A stretch of 62,608 nucleotides of DNA, filler included. It is 6 parts of 6 records of this genome, joined end to end, with 100 filler letters (N's around TTAATTAATTAA, not from the genome) between each part and the next. Parts side by side here need not be neighbours in the genome. Positions count along the whole stretch, not along the records: positions 1 to 16,894 come from SRR31147125_22698; positions 16,995 to 29,922 come from SRR31147125_22700; 4 more parts are not named here. One strand, given 5' to 3'. The notes beneath the pieces are model-generated. The model did no database searches. It was not told where the DNA came from and saw only the letters and a list, made by a program, of their open reading frames with translations. Numbering within the stretch: position 1 is the stretch's first letter; every line of letters begins with the position of its first letter. The translations under genes and the position numbers were made by a program. Positions 9,891 to 19,224 of this stretch are shown here, one piece after another.

Positions 9891-11620
9891 ATGAAAACAA
9901 AGAAAATGCAACCGACTCTTTCCCTTTGTATGATAGTTAAAAATGAAGAAAAGTTTTTACCACAATGTCTTGCAAGTGTCCAGGGTGCTGTGGATGAGAT
10001 TATCATTGTTGATACCGGTTCTACAGATAAAACAGTTGAAATAGCCAAAAGTTATGGTGCAAAAGTCTATTTTCATCCATGGGAGGAAGTTTTAGCAAGG
10101 CACGAAATTACAGTCTGCAATATGCAACATGTGATTGGATACTTGTGATCGATGCTGATGAGGAATTGGAAAGAAAAGATATTTCCTTATTAAGAAATGC
10201 AATACAGTCCAATAAATATCAAGTTATTTTTTGTGCGGTATACAGTGATGGTCCAAATGGATATTCAAAGCATTTTTCCCACAGAATATTTCGCCGTGGT
10301 AACGCACATTATGAAGGAATTGTTCATAACCAGCTTGTTCACCAGGGAACATGGGTGCATACGGATATTCGAATTTATCATTATGGGTATAACCTGTCAC
10401 CTGAGGAGATGAAAGCAAAATATAAAAGGACACAAAAGCTCCTGATAAAACAATTAGCTGATGATGAAACCAATCCTTTTGCGCATCAGAATTATATCCG
10501 TGTGCTTAGAGCCCAGGACCTTTATGAGGAAGCTGTGAAAGAAGGTTTTAATGCTTTGGAAATTTGTAAAAAAAGAATGAATGATTCTCAATATCAGATG
10601 ATCGCTGGGGATACATGTTTTTGTCTCATTGGAATTAACAGGGCCGGAGAAGCTGAAAAGCTTGTTCGAAAAGTGTTGCACAAATATCCTGAGAATTTGG
10701 ATATGCATTATGCTTTGGGTATTTCACTTTTGAAACAAAATCGTTACCTTGAGGCCATAGGTATGTTAAAAGATTTTATAGTACTGGCCAAAAAGATTAA
10801 AAGGAATCCACAACATACACGCGTATTAATTGATACTATAGATTATGAACATCGGGCGTGGGCAAATATTGCGGAATGTTATTTTGAGTTAAAAGAGTAT
10901 AAAGAAGCTCTTGATGCGATCGATAAGGCCCTATCATTTTCGTTTAAATTATCAGTTTATTATACAACCAAAGCACGCATTTTGTTAAAAACGAATAATG
11001 TTAAGGAAACTCAACATCTCTTAAAAGAATACGATAAAAAGGGGAAAGCAGATATTCCGTTCTACAAAAGATGGGCAGCTTTGTGTAACCTTTATCCGGA
11101 TTTGGGTAATCCTCTTGATGTACTCAACAAAGGTTTATTAAAGTTTCCAAAATCTGATGAGCTTTTGAATCTGATAGCAAATATTATTGTAAAGGTTAAT
11201 TTGGATGAAGCGGAACAAAAGTGGACGGCATTGCTAAAATTTAAACCGGATCATATTGGGGCTCATACCGGCCTGGCTATGATTTATGCCAAACAAAAGA
11301 AACCGAAAAATCTGGAACAGCATGCAAATATCATACTGGATAAAGTAAACGAAAAATCAATACTCAAACAGGTAGGTGGATATTGTGTATACGCCGGATG
11401 TCATGAAAAAGCTATTTCTTTATTCAGTAAATATTTAACGGTAATGCCTGATGATATGGATGTGTTATCGGATATCGCCACATGTTATGTGAAAATTGGA
11501 CAATATGATTCTGCTTTTCTTGGATACAAGCAGGTTTTGAAAAATGATCCGGGTAATCTCAAAGTTATTGGTAATTTAAAAGTTCTTCAGAATATATTAC
11601 AGCAGTCGAATCATGTTTAA
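9891..11620 (+). CDS. GT2 glycosyltransferase with C-terminal TPR repeats (flagellin glycosyltransferase type); one-base frameshift near 10081-10087
   Basis: [11 protein letters not shown]...VDTGSTD joins FSKARN...WILVIDADE...HYGY in the second frame; restoring one base gives [15 protein letters not shown]-like helices follow. Confidence 0.88.
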
Positions 11621-11666
11621 TTAAAACGATTATTGAAATAATTCAATAGATTGCTTTCTTTTTATT

Positions 11667-11712
11667 AGATGTCCATAAAAAATGTAACAGGATCTGTTTT
11701 TTATGGACATCT
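11667..11712. repeat. Perfect 16-bp inverted repeat with 14-nt spacer
   Basis: AGATGTCCATAAAAAA (11667-11682) and TTTTTTATGGACATCT (11697-11712). Confidence 0.9.
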
Positions 11713-11796
11713 TACTGTTCTTATAATTCCTGCCGATGAGATGATTTCTTTCCTTCAAGTTTATCAATAAAAAATAAATAATATTTAAAAATATAT

Positions 11797-11823
11797 TAAA
11801 GAATTTAAATCTGTTGTCGATAT
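11797..11823 (+). promoter_or_regulatory. Sigma28 (FliA/SigD) promoter of flagellin
   Basis: TAAA-N15-GTCGATAT versus consensus TAAA-N15-GCCGATAA, about 100 bp upstream of fliC. Confidence 0.85.
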
Positions 11824-11882
11824 AATTTAGTGAACGAGCGATAGAATTAAAAAAAAATAAACGCTCGGTAAATAATTAATAT

Positions 11883-11913
11883 GGCAAGGATGCCGGAAAA
11901 GACAACAAGGAGG
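11883..11913 (+). promoter_or_regulatory. CsrA-type binding sites in the flagellin leader
   Basis: GGCA-AGGA-TGCC hairpin with GGA in the loop (11883-11894) and a second ACAAGGAGG overlapping the Shine-Dalgarno. Confidence 0.72.
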
Positions 11914-11920
11914 AAACATC

Positions 11921-13153
11921 ATGGCAGTTGCAGATTTTAGTCGAATCAATTCAAACATCGGTGCATTGAATGCCTTAAATTCGTTGAACAAAATCAACAG
12001 TAAGCTAAGCATGCATCAGATGAGGCTGGCGACCGGTAAACGAATTAACTCAGCCGCTGACGATGCTGCTGGTTTTACGATTGCCGCCAACCTGGACAAA
12101 AAGACCCGTGGTTTAGGTACAGCACTTGATAACATTGGTTCTGCAAAAAATATGTTAACAACCGGTGAAGGTCATCTGACCAATGTGTTGGAAATTTTGA
12201 ATCAGATGAAATCAAAAGCCGCACAAGCTGCTAATGACACACTCGGACAGGATGAACGGGATGCCATCCTGCAAGAGTTGCAGGCATTTAATGATCAGAT
12301 TAACGCAGAGGCTGGTCAGGCCAAATGGTTTGATAAAAGCATTTTAACCGATAGCCTGAATTTTCAGATTGGCGTTGGTACCTCTGCAGCAAATGATGAA
12401 CTGAGTGTCGATATTGCAGGAGCTGCTGGTTTAGCTGGTGATTTTGACTCTTCAGGTTTGGATGTTGTTGCTTCAGCATCAGCGACTGGATCCGTCAGTC
12501 GGGACAGTACCGTAGCAAGTGCAGGCATCTCATTGACCACTTTATCAGCACAAGATGGCGGTGCAAGTAACTCTCTCCTGAATGAATTAGATTCCGGGCA
12601 TTATACGTTAGATGTTTCAGTAACGAGTGGTGCAACAATCACAGTCCAGTTACGAGATACTGACGGTGATCTCGTCTCCATCAATTCGGATGCTTCTGCC
12701 TCCACAACTTATGTTGGAACTTCTATGGTTACCACAGGTGATGGCAATTTAGCTGAAATCGATCTTGGAAATGGCATTGCAATAGATCTGGGCGCTATTA
12801 CCACAGCTACCGATCAGGCCATGTCTGTTCAATTTGATTACACAAAAGGTGGTAATGGTGTAGATACCATGGCTGAAGCTCAGGATTTTATGGACAAAAT
12901 TGATGTTGCGATCGCAAATGTTGAAGAGTCTCTCTCTTATATCGGATCTCAGTATAACAGGCTCTCGTTCCAGGAGGAATCTCTAACGGTTGCAAAGATT
13001 AATACGGAAGCCTCTTATAGCCGTATTATGAATGCTGATATGGCCTCTGAACAGCTGGAGGCGACCAAGTACCAGATATTGCAACAGACAGCCACTTCCA
13101 TGCTAGGACAAGCGAATGCTTCACCACAGGGTATTTTGAGCTTGTTCCGGTAG
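11921..13153 (+). CDS. fliC: Flagellin
   Basis: RINSNIGAL...RLATGKRINSAADDAAG N-terminus; SRIMNADMASE...QILQQTATSMLGQANASPQGILSLFR C-terminus; Ser/Thr-rich variable region. Confidence 0.97.
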   Translation: MAVADFSRINSNIGALNALNSLNKINSKLSMHQMRLATGKRINSAADDAAGFTIAANLDKKTRGLGTALDNIGSAKNMLTTGEGHLTNVLEILNQMKSKAAQAANDTLGQDERDAILQELQAFNDQINAEAGQAKWFDKSILTDSLNFQIGVGTSAANDELSVDIAGAAGLAGDFDSSGLDVVASASATGSVSRDSTVASAGISLTTLSAQDGGASNSLLNELDSGHYTLDVSVTSGATITVQLRDTDGDLVSINSDASASTTYVGTSMVTTGDGNLAEIDLGNGIAIDLGAITTATDQAMSVQFDYTKGGNGVDTMAEAQDFMDKIDVAIANVEESLSYIGSQYNRLSFQEESLTVAKINTEASYSRIMNADMASEQLEATKYQILQQTATSMLGQANASPQGILSLFR

Positions 13154-13171
13154 ACTTTATAACTCGTTTGT

Positions 13172-13203
13172 AGAGTGCGTCCCTAAAAGGGCGCACTCTT
13201 TTT
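13172..13203 (+). terminator. Rho-independent terminator after fliC
   Basis: AGAGTGCGTCC...GGGCGCACTCT stem followed by a T-run. Confidence 0.85.
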
Positions 13204-13222
13204 ATACTGATATCTTTAGGGA

Positions 13223-13567
13223 GTGGATATAATGGCTGAGTCAACATATTGCAAAGCAACGAGAGGCAAAATAGATCAATATAAAGTAAATGAAATAACA
13301 AGTTCTTCTCCTGGACAGCTTATTTTAATATTATACGACCAGGCCATCTTGGGATGTAAGAAGGTTGATGATCGTAAAGTATCAAAAGCAGTAGCGCAGC
13401 TTATTGATTCCTTAGATTTTTCATATGAAGTTTCCATTGGATTGTTTCGTCTCTATCAATATATCATGGCATCTGTAAAAGAAAAAAAGTTTGAAAATGC
13501 TCTTCCGTTGTTAACCGAGCTTCGTCAAACATGGGCACAAGCGTTGCACAAACAAATGGCTGCTTAG
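13223..13567 (+). CDS. fliS: Flagellin export chaperone FliS
   Basis: Y...EITSSSPGQLILILYDQAI, LIDSLD, LFRLYQY, LTELRQTW. Confidence 0.9.
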   Translation: MDIMAESTYCKATRGKIDQYKVNEITSSSPGQLILILYDQAILGCKKVDDRKVSKAVAQLIDSLDFSYEVSIGLFRLYQYIMASVKEKKFENALPLLTELRQTWAQALHKQMAA

Positions 13568-13589
13568 GTCTACCATTTAAGAGGTAATT

Positions 13590-15341
13590 ATGGCTACTAC
13601 ATCCGTCACAAGTTCATCAAATATCGAGACACTTGTGCAGCAATATATGGCAACTGAACGACAACCGTTAACACGTTTACAAACACAAAAATACGCAACC
13701 AACGCAAAGATTACCCATTTTAATACGTTAAAAGCGGATTTGGAGTCGTTAAGTTCTATTGCCGAAGATTTGTCTGATACAGATGGAGACTCTATCTTTA
13801 ATGCTGCTTCTGTAACTTCCAGTAATACGGATGCTGTCAGTGTAAGTGCAGATGAGGGAGCTGCTGTCGGAACTTATAGTTTGCGTGTAAAACAGCTTGC
13901 GACCTCTACGACCATGAAAAGCACAGCGAATTTGAATACAGCCGTTTCTGTAAAAAGTAATTCTCAGGTAGTCGCCGGTTTAGACGAATTGGATACAAGT
14001 GAAAGTTGGGAAGATGCGGGATTTGATACAGTTCCAACCGGTAACGTCACTTTTAACGGTGTTCAGTTTACACTGGGTGATTATGAGACTATTGATGATT
14101 TCTTAGATGCTGTAAATGACGATGCGGTAGCAAATGTGAATATCTATTATGATAAAGATTCAGATAAATTTATCATTGAAAATGACGGTATCGGTGGGAC
14201 ATTGATTCTTGCTGAATCTTCTGATGGATTTTTAACACAAATAAATGTAACAGCAGGCACATACAATACCAATACCAGTGGTGTACAGACAGATGTTTTG
14301 TTAAAGGATGCCAACTTTGATAATGAAATCGCCACTGGTACAACAGGAAGTTTTAAAATTAACGGGATTACTATTGATTGGGATGCTGACGCGGATACGT
14401 TGAATGAAATTATTTCGCGTATTAATGCTTCAGAAGCAAATGTAACCGTGTTTTATGACGAATCACTTGATAAAGTGATGATTACATCCAATGATACTGG
14501 AAGTGAGTCTATCCAGTTTGAAGATGTGGACGGATCTTTTTTAGGTGATAGTTTGAAATTAAGTGGTGTGGTTCAAAACATAGGCCAGGATGCAAAATTT
14601 ACTGTAAATAGTGCGGATTCAAGTGATGAAATAACGAAAACTTCGAATACATTTGAATTAAATGGACTCTCCATAACACTATCTGAGGTAACAGTCGAAA
14701 ATGATAATTATGCTGACTCAGGCACAGAAGCAGTCACAGTTACCTCAGTAAAAGATATTAATGCTATTCAAAATCAGGTTCAGTCTTTTTTAAATGGATT
14801 TAATGAGGCTCTATCTTTTATCAAAAATAAAACAAGTGTTGATCCAACAACTTATACTCGTGGAGCATTGGCTGGTGAGACAGTATACAGGAATTTAAGG
14901 TTTGATCTGATGAATATCTTTGTTGGTCAGGTTGACGGGTTGGATGATGGAGATGTAAAGACATTAGCCGAGGTAGGCATAACATTAGATGATGATCTAA
15001 AGGCAACCATATCAGATACTGATTTATTAACGGAACAGTTGAGTAGTGATCCAAATGCTTTTGAAGCGCTGTTTAATTCAACAAACGGAATTGCCACGAG
15101 AATGTTTGATCTCCTTGAACCATTTATTGAGGATGATGGGATCATTGAAAATAGACAGGAAAATATTGAAGACCATGTGGATTCCATAGATAAAAGCATT
15201 GAGAGAACAGAAGCTCGGTTAGCCAAGCGGGAGGAATATTACCGCCAGCAGTTACAATCCGTTCAAATTATGCTGAATCAAGTTGTACAACAGCAAAAAT
15301 TAATGAATAGTATCTTATCAAGTACCCAACAATTATTCTGA
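13590..15341 (+). CDS. fliD: Flagellar filament cap FliD
   Basis: LVQQYMATERQPL, GTYSLRVKQLAT, GQDAKFTVN, TLAEVGIT, ALFNSTNGIA, coiled-coil C-terminus; two internal TLxxxxxxIN-type repeats. Confidence 0.93.
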   Translation: MATTSVTSSSNIETLVQQYMATERQPLTRLQTQKYATNAKITHFNTLKADLESLSSIAEDLSDTDGDSIFNAASVTSSNTDAVSVSADEGAAVGTYSLRVKQLATSTTMKSTANLNTAVSVKSNSQVVAGLDELDTSESWEDAGFDTVPTGNVTFNGVQFTLGDYETIDDFLDAVNDDAVANVNIYYDKDSDKFIIENDGIGGTLILAESSDGFLTQINVTAGTYNTNTSGVQTDVLLKDANFDNEIATGTTGSFKINGITIDWDADADTLNEIISRINASEANVTVFYDESLDKVMITSNDTGSESIQFEDVDGSFLGDSLKLSGVVQNIGQDAKFTVNSADSSDEITKTSNTFELNGLSITLSEVTVENDNYADSGTEAVTVTSVKDINAIQNQVQSFLNGFNEALSFIKNKTSVDPTTYTRGALAGETVYRNLRFDLMNIFVGQVDGLDDGDVKTLAEVGITLDDDLKATISDTDLLTEQLSSDPNAFEALFNSTNGIATRMFDLLEPFIEDDGIIENRQENIEDHVDSIDKSIERTEARLAKREEYYRQQLQSVQIMLNQVVQQQKLMNSILSSTQQLF

Positions 15342-15383
15342 GATTAAGGGAATCTAGTATTGAAATTCCCTGGGAGTGTGAAA

Positions 15384-15750
15384 ATGATTGATGGAATTGA
15401 TGACAAAAAAGTATATAGTTTAGATCAAATGCAAAATATGACCAAGGTTGCTGAGGAAACAACGGAAAAAGTTGCTGATCAAACTAAAAATGAAAAAGAA
15501 AAAATCATCAGAAAGTATCCCTGTTACAGGTGAAATGCTGGACAAGGCTGTTGATTCTATGCAAAAAATATCGGATGTGTTTAATACACATCTCAAATTT
15601 GAGCAAGATGAATCAACAGAGAGAACCATTATTAAAGTTATTGATAGTGAAACAGAGGAAGTTGTCCGGCAAATTCCCGCTGAAATGATGCTTAAAGCAA
15701 TAACCAAAATCCAGGATTATCTGGGTATTTTAATTGATGAAAAAGCCTAA
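15384..15750 (+). CDS. flaG: FlaG protein; one extra A in the run at 15499-15504
   Basis: C-terminal LKFEQDE...IIKVIDSETEEVVRQIPAE...GILIDEKA; ATG at 15384 with a GGGAG RBS joins this frame if one A is removed. Confidence 0.88.
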
Positions 15751-15774
15751 ACCGTAATTGAAAAAAATCATTAT

Positions 15775-16211
15775 ATGGCTACAAAAACATTATATCAGGT
15801 ATTAATGGAGCAATATCTTTGTATGTGTGCATTCAATGCCTCAAATGAAGAAATATTGATAGCACTTGATACTGAATCAATTGATTTCTCGGAGATTAAC
15901 ATAAAAAGACAAAAGATTGAAAAAAATCTCCTTGAATGTGATAAAAAAAAACAAGAAATTGCTGCATATGTTAACCAGGATGATGATATAAACGGCAATG
16001 AAGAGATCAGAGAACTTTTAATAAAGATGAAAGCGGAAACAGAGAAATTTAATGCGTCGATACTTCTCATCCGCAAAAGCCTTTCAGAGAAAAAGATAAT
16101 CTTTCTCTAAAATTGGCGGAATTTAATAGCAACAAAAAGAAATTAAAGTTATATTCACAATCTGTAAAATACCTTGGTATTCCTTCAATTCTGAACAATA
16201 GAGGTCTTTAA
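15775..16211 (+). CDS. Flagellar chaperone-like helical protein (FlgN/FliT-like); frameshift in the A-run near 16090
   Basis: Coiled-coil ORF; adding one A extends it through DNLSLKLAEFNSNKKKLKLYSQ to a TAA overlapping the next ATG (TAATG at 16209-16213); position in the late flagellar operon. Confidence 0.55.
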
Positions 16212-16657
16212 TGAAAGTTACTGAAAATAACGAATATACTTACCATTTTCGTAACCAAAATAAAAAAATGTCAAATAAAGACGTGAAGGAAAATAGCTCG
16301 AAACGTACTGCTGGGCCATATCAGGACAAAGTCGAAATTTCTCATTTAGGAAAATCTTTATCAACAGCTGAGGATAAACCGACAAAACAAACCAATCAGT
16401 CTAGTGCTGATAATCCTCCCTACAAAATGAATCCCATTAATCATAAAGTATTAAACCAGTATAAAATATTTATAAAAGATGAAAGTACCTGCCAAAGTCT
16501 GGTACATGTAGAAAAATACACCAATTTAAATGGCCCACCCGATAACGAGCGTTTAGCTGAAATAAAAGCCAATGTAGAAAATGGTTATTACGACAAGGAT
16601 GAGATTCTAAATAATCTAGCAAAAATATTATCTGAAGAGCTTATTAATAAACTATAG
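16211..16657 (+). CDS. flgM: Anti-sigma28 factor FlgM-like
   Basis: QDKVEIS motif and C-terminal ERLAEIKANVENGYY...LAKIL. Confidence 0.72.
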   Translation: MKVTENNEYTYHFRNQNKKMSNKDVKENSSKRTAGPYQDKVEISHLGKSLSTAEDKPTKQTNQSSADNPPYKMNPINHKVLNQYKIFIKDESTCQSLVHVEKYTNLNGPPDNERLAEIKANVENGYYDKDEILNNLAKILSEELINKL

Positions 16658-16894
16658 TTACGAATTTTACTTAAAGTATTGATTTAAACGCAAGTAAGTT
16701 TATCTCTTTTTATGATTAGAAAATTTAGTCAAGGGCAAACCTTCTTTATAATCCTTCTTTATAAATAATAGTTTAAACAAAATGATATTATGTTATTGTC
16801 CGGCAGGATTTTTATCCCAAATTAAAACATTCATAGTTACTATAGTATCTACACATCAAAATAGTGGCAGGATAATATAATCTTACGCAAAAAA

Positions 16895-16994
16895 NNNNNN
16901 NNNNNNNNNNNNNNNNNNNNNNNNNNNNNNNNNNNNNNTTAATTAATTAANNNNNNNNNNNNNNNNNNNNNNNNNNNNNNNNNNNNNNNNNNNN
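16895..16994. other. Artificial contig linker
   Basis: N44-TTAATTAATTAA-N44. Confidence 0.99.
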
Positions 16995-17383
16995 TTTTTC
17001 AAGGAGCCGGTTCCCGTAGTAATGATGCTGCCCAGCGGGAGTTGTGCCATATGTCTGGCCAGTCTCGTCCGCAGGTCCACTTCGAGATGAAAGGCCCCAA
17101 GATGGGAAACCCCGAAGGCTAGCATCGAGAGTATGAATGCCGACGCTCCGACCAAGGCTACCGAGAGGAGGGTCTTCGACAACGTCCATTGGATCCCCAT
17201 CAGAATGAGTTCGGATTCACTCCCGTTCAGCAGGACGCCGACGAGGAGAGACAGGAGAAGCAGCGTTGAAATCGTCGCCAGAGCACCAAGCGCATTCATG
17301 ACCATCGCGCAGTAGATGTATGGATTGACCGGCTCGATAACACGCCATAGAACAGAATAACCTTCCGATTTTCTATCAACCAT
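16995..17383 (-). CDS. ABC transporter fused permease/ATPase, IrtA/YbtP-like (N-terminal part, truncated by contig end)
   Basis: TM helices followed by SHLGAFHLE..LR..LARHMAQLPLG...GTGSLK. Confidence 0.8.
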
Positions 17384-17403
17384 AAGTTCCTCCCATAGGA
17401 CAA

Positions 17404-17436
17404 TTAGGCCACACTATTAATTTTAGTTATCTCTAT
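17404..17436. promoter_or_regulatory. Tandem DtxR/TroR-like boxes
   Basis: TTAG-gccaca-CTAT (17404-17417) and TTAG-ttatct-CTAT (17423-17436), upstream of the IrtA-like transporter. Confidence 0.45.
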
Positions 17437-17518
17437 TTACTCGGGAGTAGAATGATCGTAAAATAGAATCCATGTCAATAATGCCTTTCCGAATACCACA
17501 CAATTTTCAGTATGCCTT

Positions 17519-18229
17519 ATGAATGAAATCATCCTGATGAATCTGGGAATGAGCAATTCCTATCTGATACGCGCCTCCGACGGATACCTTCTCGTCGACA
17601 CCGGATATCCGGGAGAATGGGAAAGGTTTCTTTGCCTCCTGGATGACAAGGGTGTCCGTCTCGAAGAGATTCAACATGTATTGCTGACCCACCATCATGA
17701 TGACCATGCCGGGTTCCTGAAGAGGTTCCTCGATCGGCGAGACGTTCCGGTAGTGATGCACAACAAGGCCCGCGGTCCTTTGAAACGGGGAGAGTCAGAT
17801 GAAACCGATGAAGAGGCCGTCACCAGGCGGATGAAATGGGTATTCGGCATATATATGCTCTTCCACAGCCATTTCACCTTCCCTCCGGTGGAAATCAGGG
17901 ATAAAGATATATTGATTGACAAAGACGAAAATCAACTCCTGAGGCATTGGGGAATCGCCGGTGAGATTGTCATGACACCGGGACATACCTACGACAGCAT
18001 ATCCATCGTACTGGATGATGGTCGGGCTGTTGTTGGAGACGCCGCCATGAATTTCATGCACTTCTGTGGGGCCGACTATCGCCCGATATTCCAGATGAAC
18101 AGGAAGGAAGTCTTTATCAGCTGGGAAAAACTCTTTCATCGCAATGTGACGCAAGTCTATTCGGGTCACGGGAAGCCATTCTCCGCTAAAAAGCTCCGTC
18201 GTTCTTCTCGAAGGCATAAACAGGAATAA
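17519..18229 (+). CDS. MBL-fold metallo-hydrolase
   Basis: LVDTG, LTHHHDDHAG, TPGHT, VGDA, YSGHG. Confidence 0.9.
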   Translation: MNEIILMNLGMSNSYLIRASDGYLLVDTGYPGEWERFLCLLDDKGVRLEEIQHVLLTHHHDDHAGFLKRFLDRRDVPVVMHNKARGPLKRGESDETDEEAVTRRMKWVFGIYMLFHSHFTFPPVEIRDKDILIDKDENQLLRHWGIAGEIVMTPGHTYDSISIVLDDGRAVVGDAAMNFMHFCGADYRPIFQMNRKEVFISWEKLFHRNVTQVYSGHGKPFSAKKLRRSSRRHKQE

Positions 18230-18305
18230 CCGGAAGAATAGCAGACTGCGGCTTTCTGCCCGTACACTGTACGGCTGAGTCCGCGGTGTGGCTCTATTCA
18301 GCCGG
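18230..18305. repeat. Long imperfect hairpin directly after the MBL stop codon
   Basis: CCGG/CCGG, GAATAG/CTATTC, ACTGCGG/CCGCGGT and CGTAC/GTACG paired segments. Confidence 0.7.
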
Positions 18306-18650
18306 ATTGAAAATGAAAGAACTCAATCAGGTCGGCGCGCTTTGTTGTTAACAATTCGTCTCACCAGGTTGACTACCAAGAGATAGATCGCCAGAACGAC
18401 AACCAGCAATACCGGAAGTACTTAAGCGAAGTACCCGTAGACCGGCAGGGCCCAATCCATCCAGTTAAGTATCAATATGGTCAGTGACTGCGCGAAAATC
18501 GAACTAGGGAGGAACATGGTTGGTGAGGGCCAGCGAATACTGAGTGAAGGCGTGTTGACAGAATACCGGTCCCGAAATGCATGATGGGACGATGCATGGC
18601 TGGAGACGTAATAACATGACCGGCAGATCCTGAATCCCGAGGAGCCTCTC

Positions 18651-19190
18651 ATGCCAGATATTCGGAAATCGCTAGTGTCGGCATTCGGTGTATTCCTGCT
18701 TGGAATGCTGCTAATCCTGAACTCTTGCAGCCTGGGAGATGCCGACTACTTCGTCTCCTTCACAGCGGAGGGAACTGCATACACACTCTCCGCCGGATTC
18801 GACGCCGATGTCATGGACTCCGGTGCCAACGGCTGCCTGCTGCAGGGTTCCAACCGGATCCGAATATCGGCCGCGGGCGACAATGTCACAACGACATCAG
18901 TCAGCAGCGAGGGTCCCATTATCTGGATATCCATCGACGGCACTGCTCCCGGAACCTACACAGACGGAGAGGCTGAAATCTACCTGTACACGGGGTCGGA
19001 AGACATCATTATTTCGGAACCGACTGAAACCATCACTGTCAATATCACCTATGTATCTGATGAAGTCGGCGGCGAGATCCGGGGTACTTTCAGTGCCGAG
19101 AGCAGTAGCGGCCAGATCATCACGAATGGAGCCTTTATCGTGGAGCGGGTTGCTGACGATTCTCTGACCGGGGCAGGCTATTTCAGCTGA
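18651..19190 (+). CDS. Hypothetical lipoprotein
   Basis: GAGGAG RBS, hydrophobic signal ending in lipobox LNSC, beta-rich acidic body. Confidence 0.7.
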   Translation: MPDIRKSLVSAFGVFLLGMLLILNSCSLGDADYFVSFTAEGTAYTLSAGFDADVMDSGANGCLLQGSNRIRISAAGDNVTTTSVSSEGPIIWISIDGTAPGTYTDGEAEIYLYTGSEDIIISEPTETITVNITYVSDEVGGEIRGTFSAESSSGQIITNGAFIVERVADDSLTGAGYFS

Positions 19191-19224
19191 CAGAACCGTC
19201 GCCTGACTATGTTATACTCCGGTA

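Noticed and set aside
11713-11739. Second sigma28 promoter (GCCGATGA at 11732-11739)
   Set aside because: The -35 position reads TACT rather than TAAA, and a better site exists at 11797
10081-16094. Phase variation or programmed frameshifting in flagellar and glycosylation genes
   Set aside because: The runs are short (5-7 nt or none), and the same type of indel hits housekeeping genes on other contigs
16740-16764. Tandem 12-mer CCTTCTTTATAA
   Set aside because: Two low-complexity copies at a contig end with no associated gene
16939-16950. TTAATTAATTAA as a biological repeat
   Set aside because: It is a six-frame stop linker centred in N-runs
18323-18517. Small membrane protein with stop-codon readthrough (minus strand, TAA at 18422-18424)
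   Set aside because: Short hydrophobic fragment with no recognisable family or recoding signal; probably a decayed gene end
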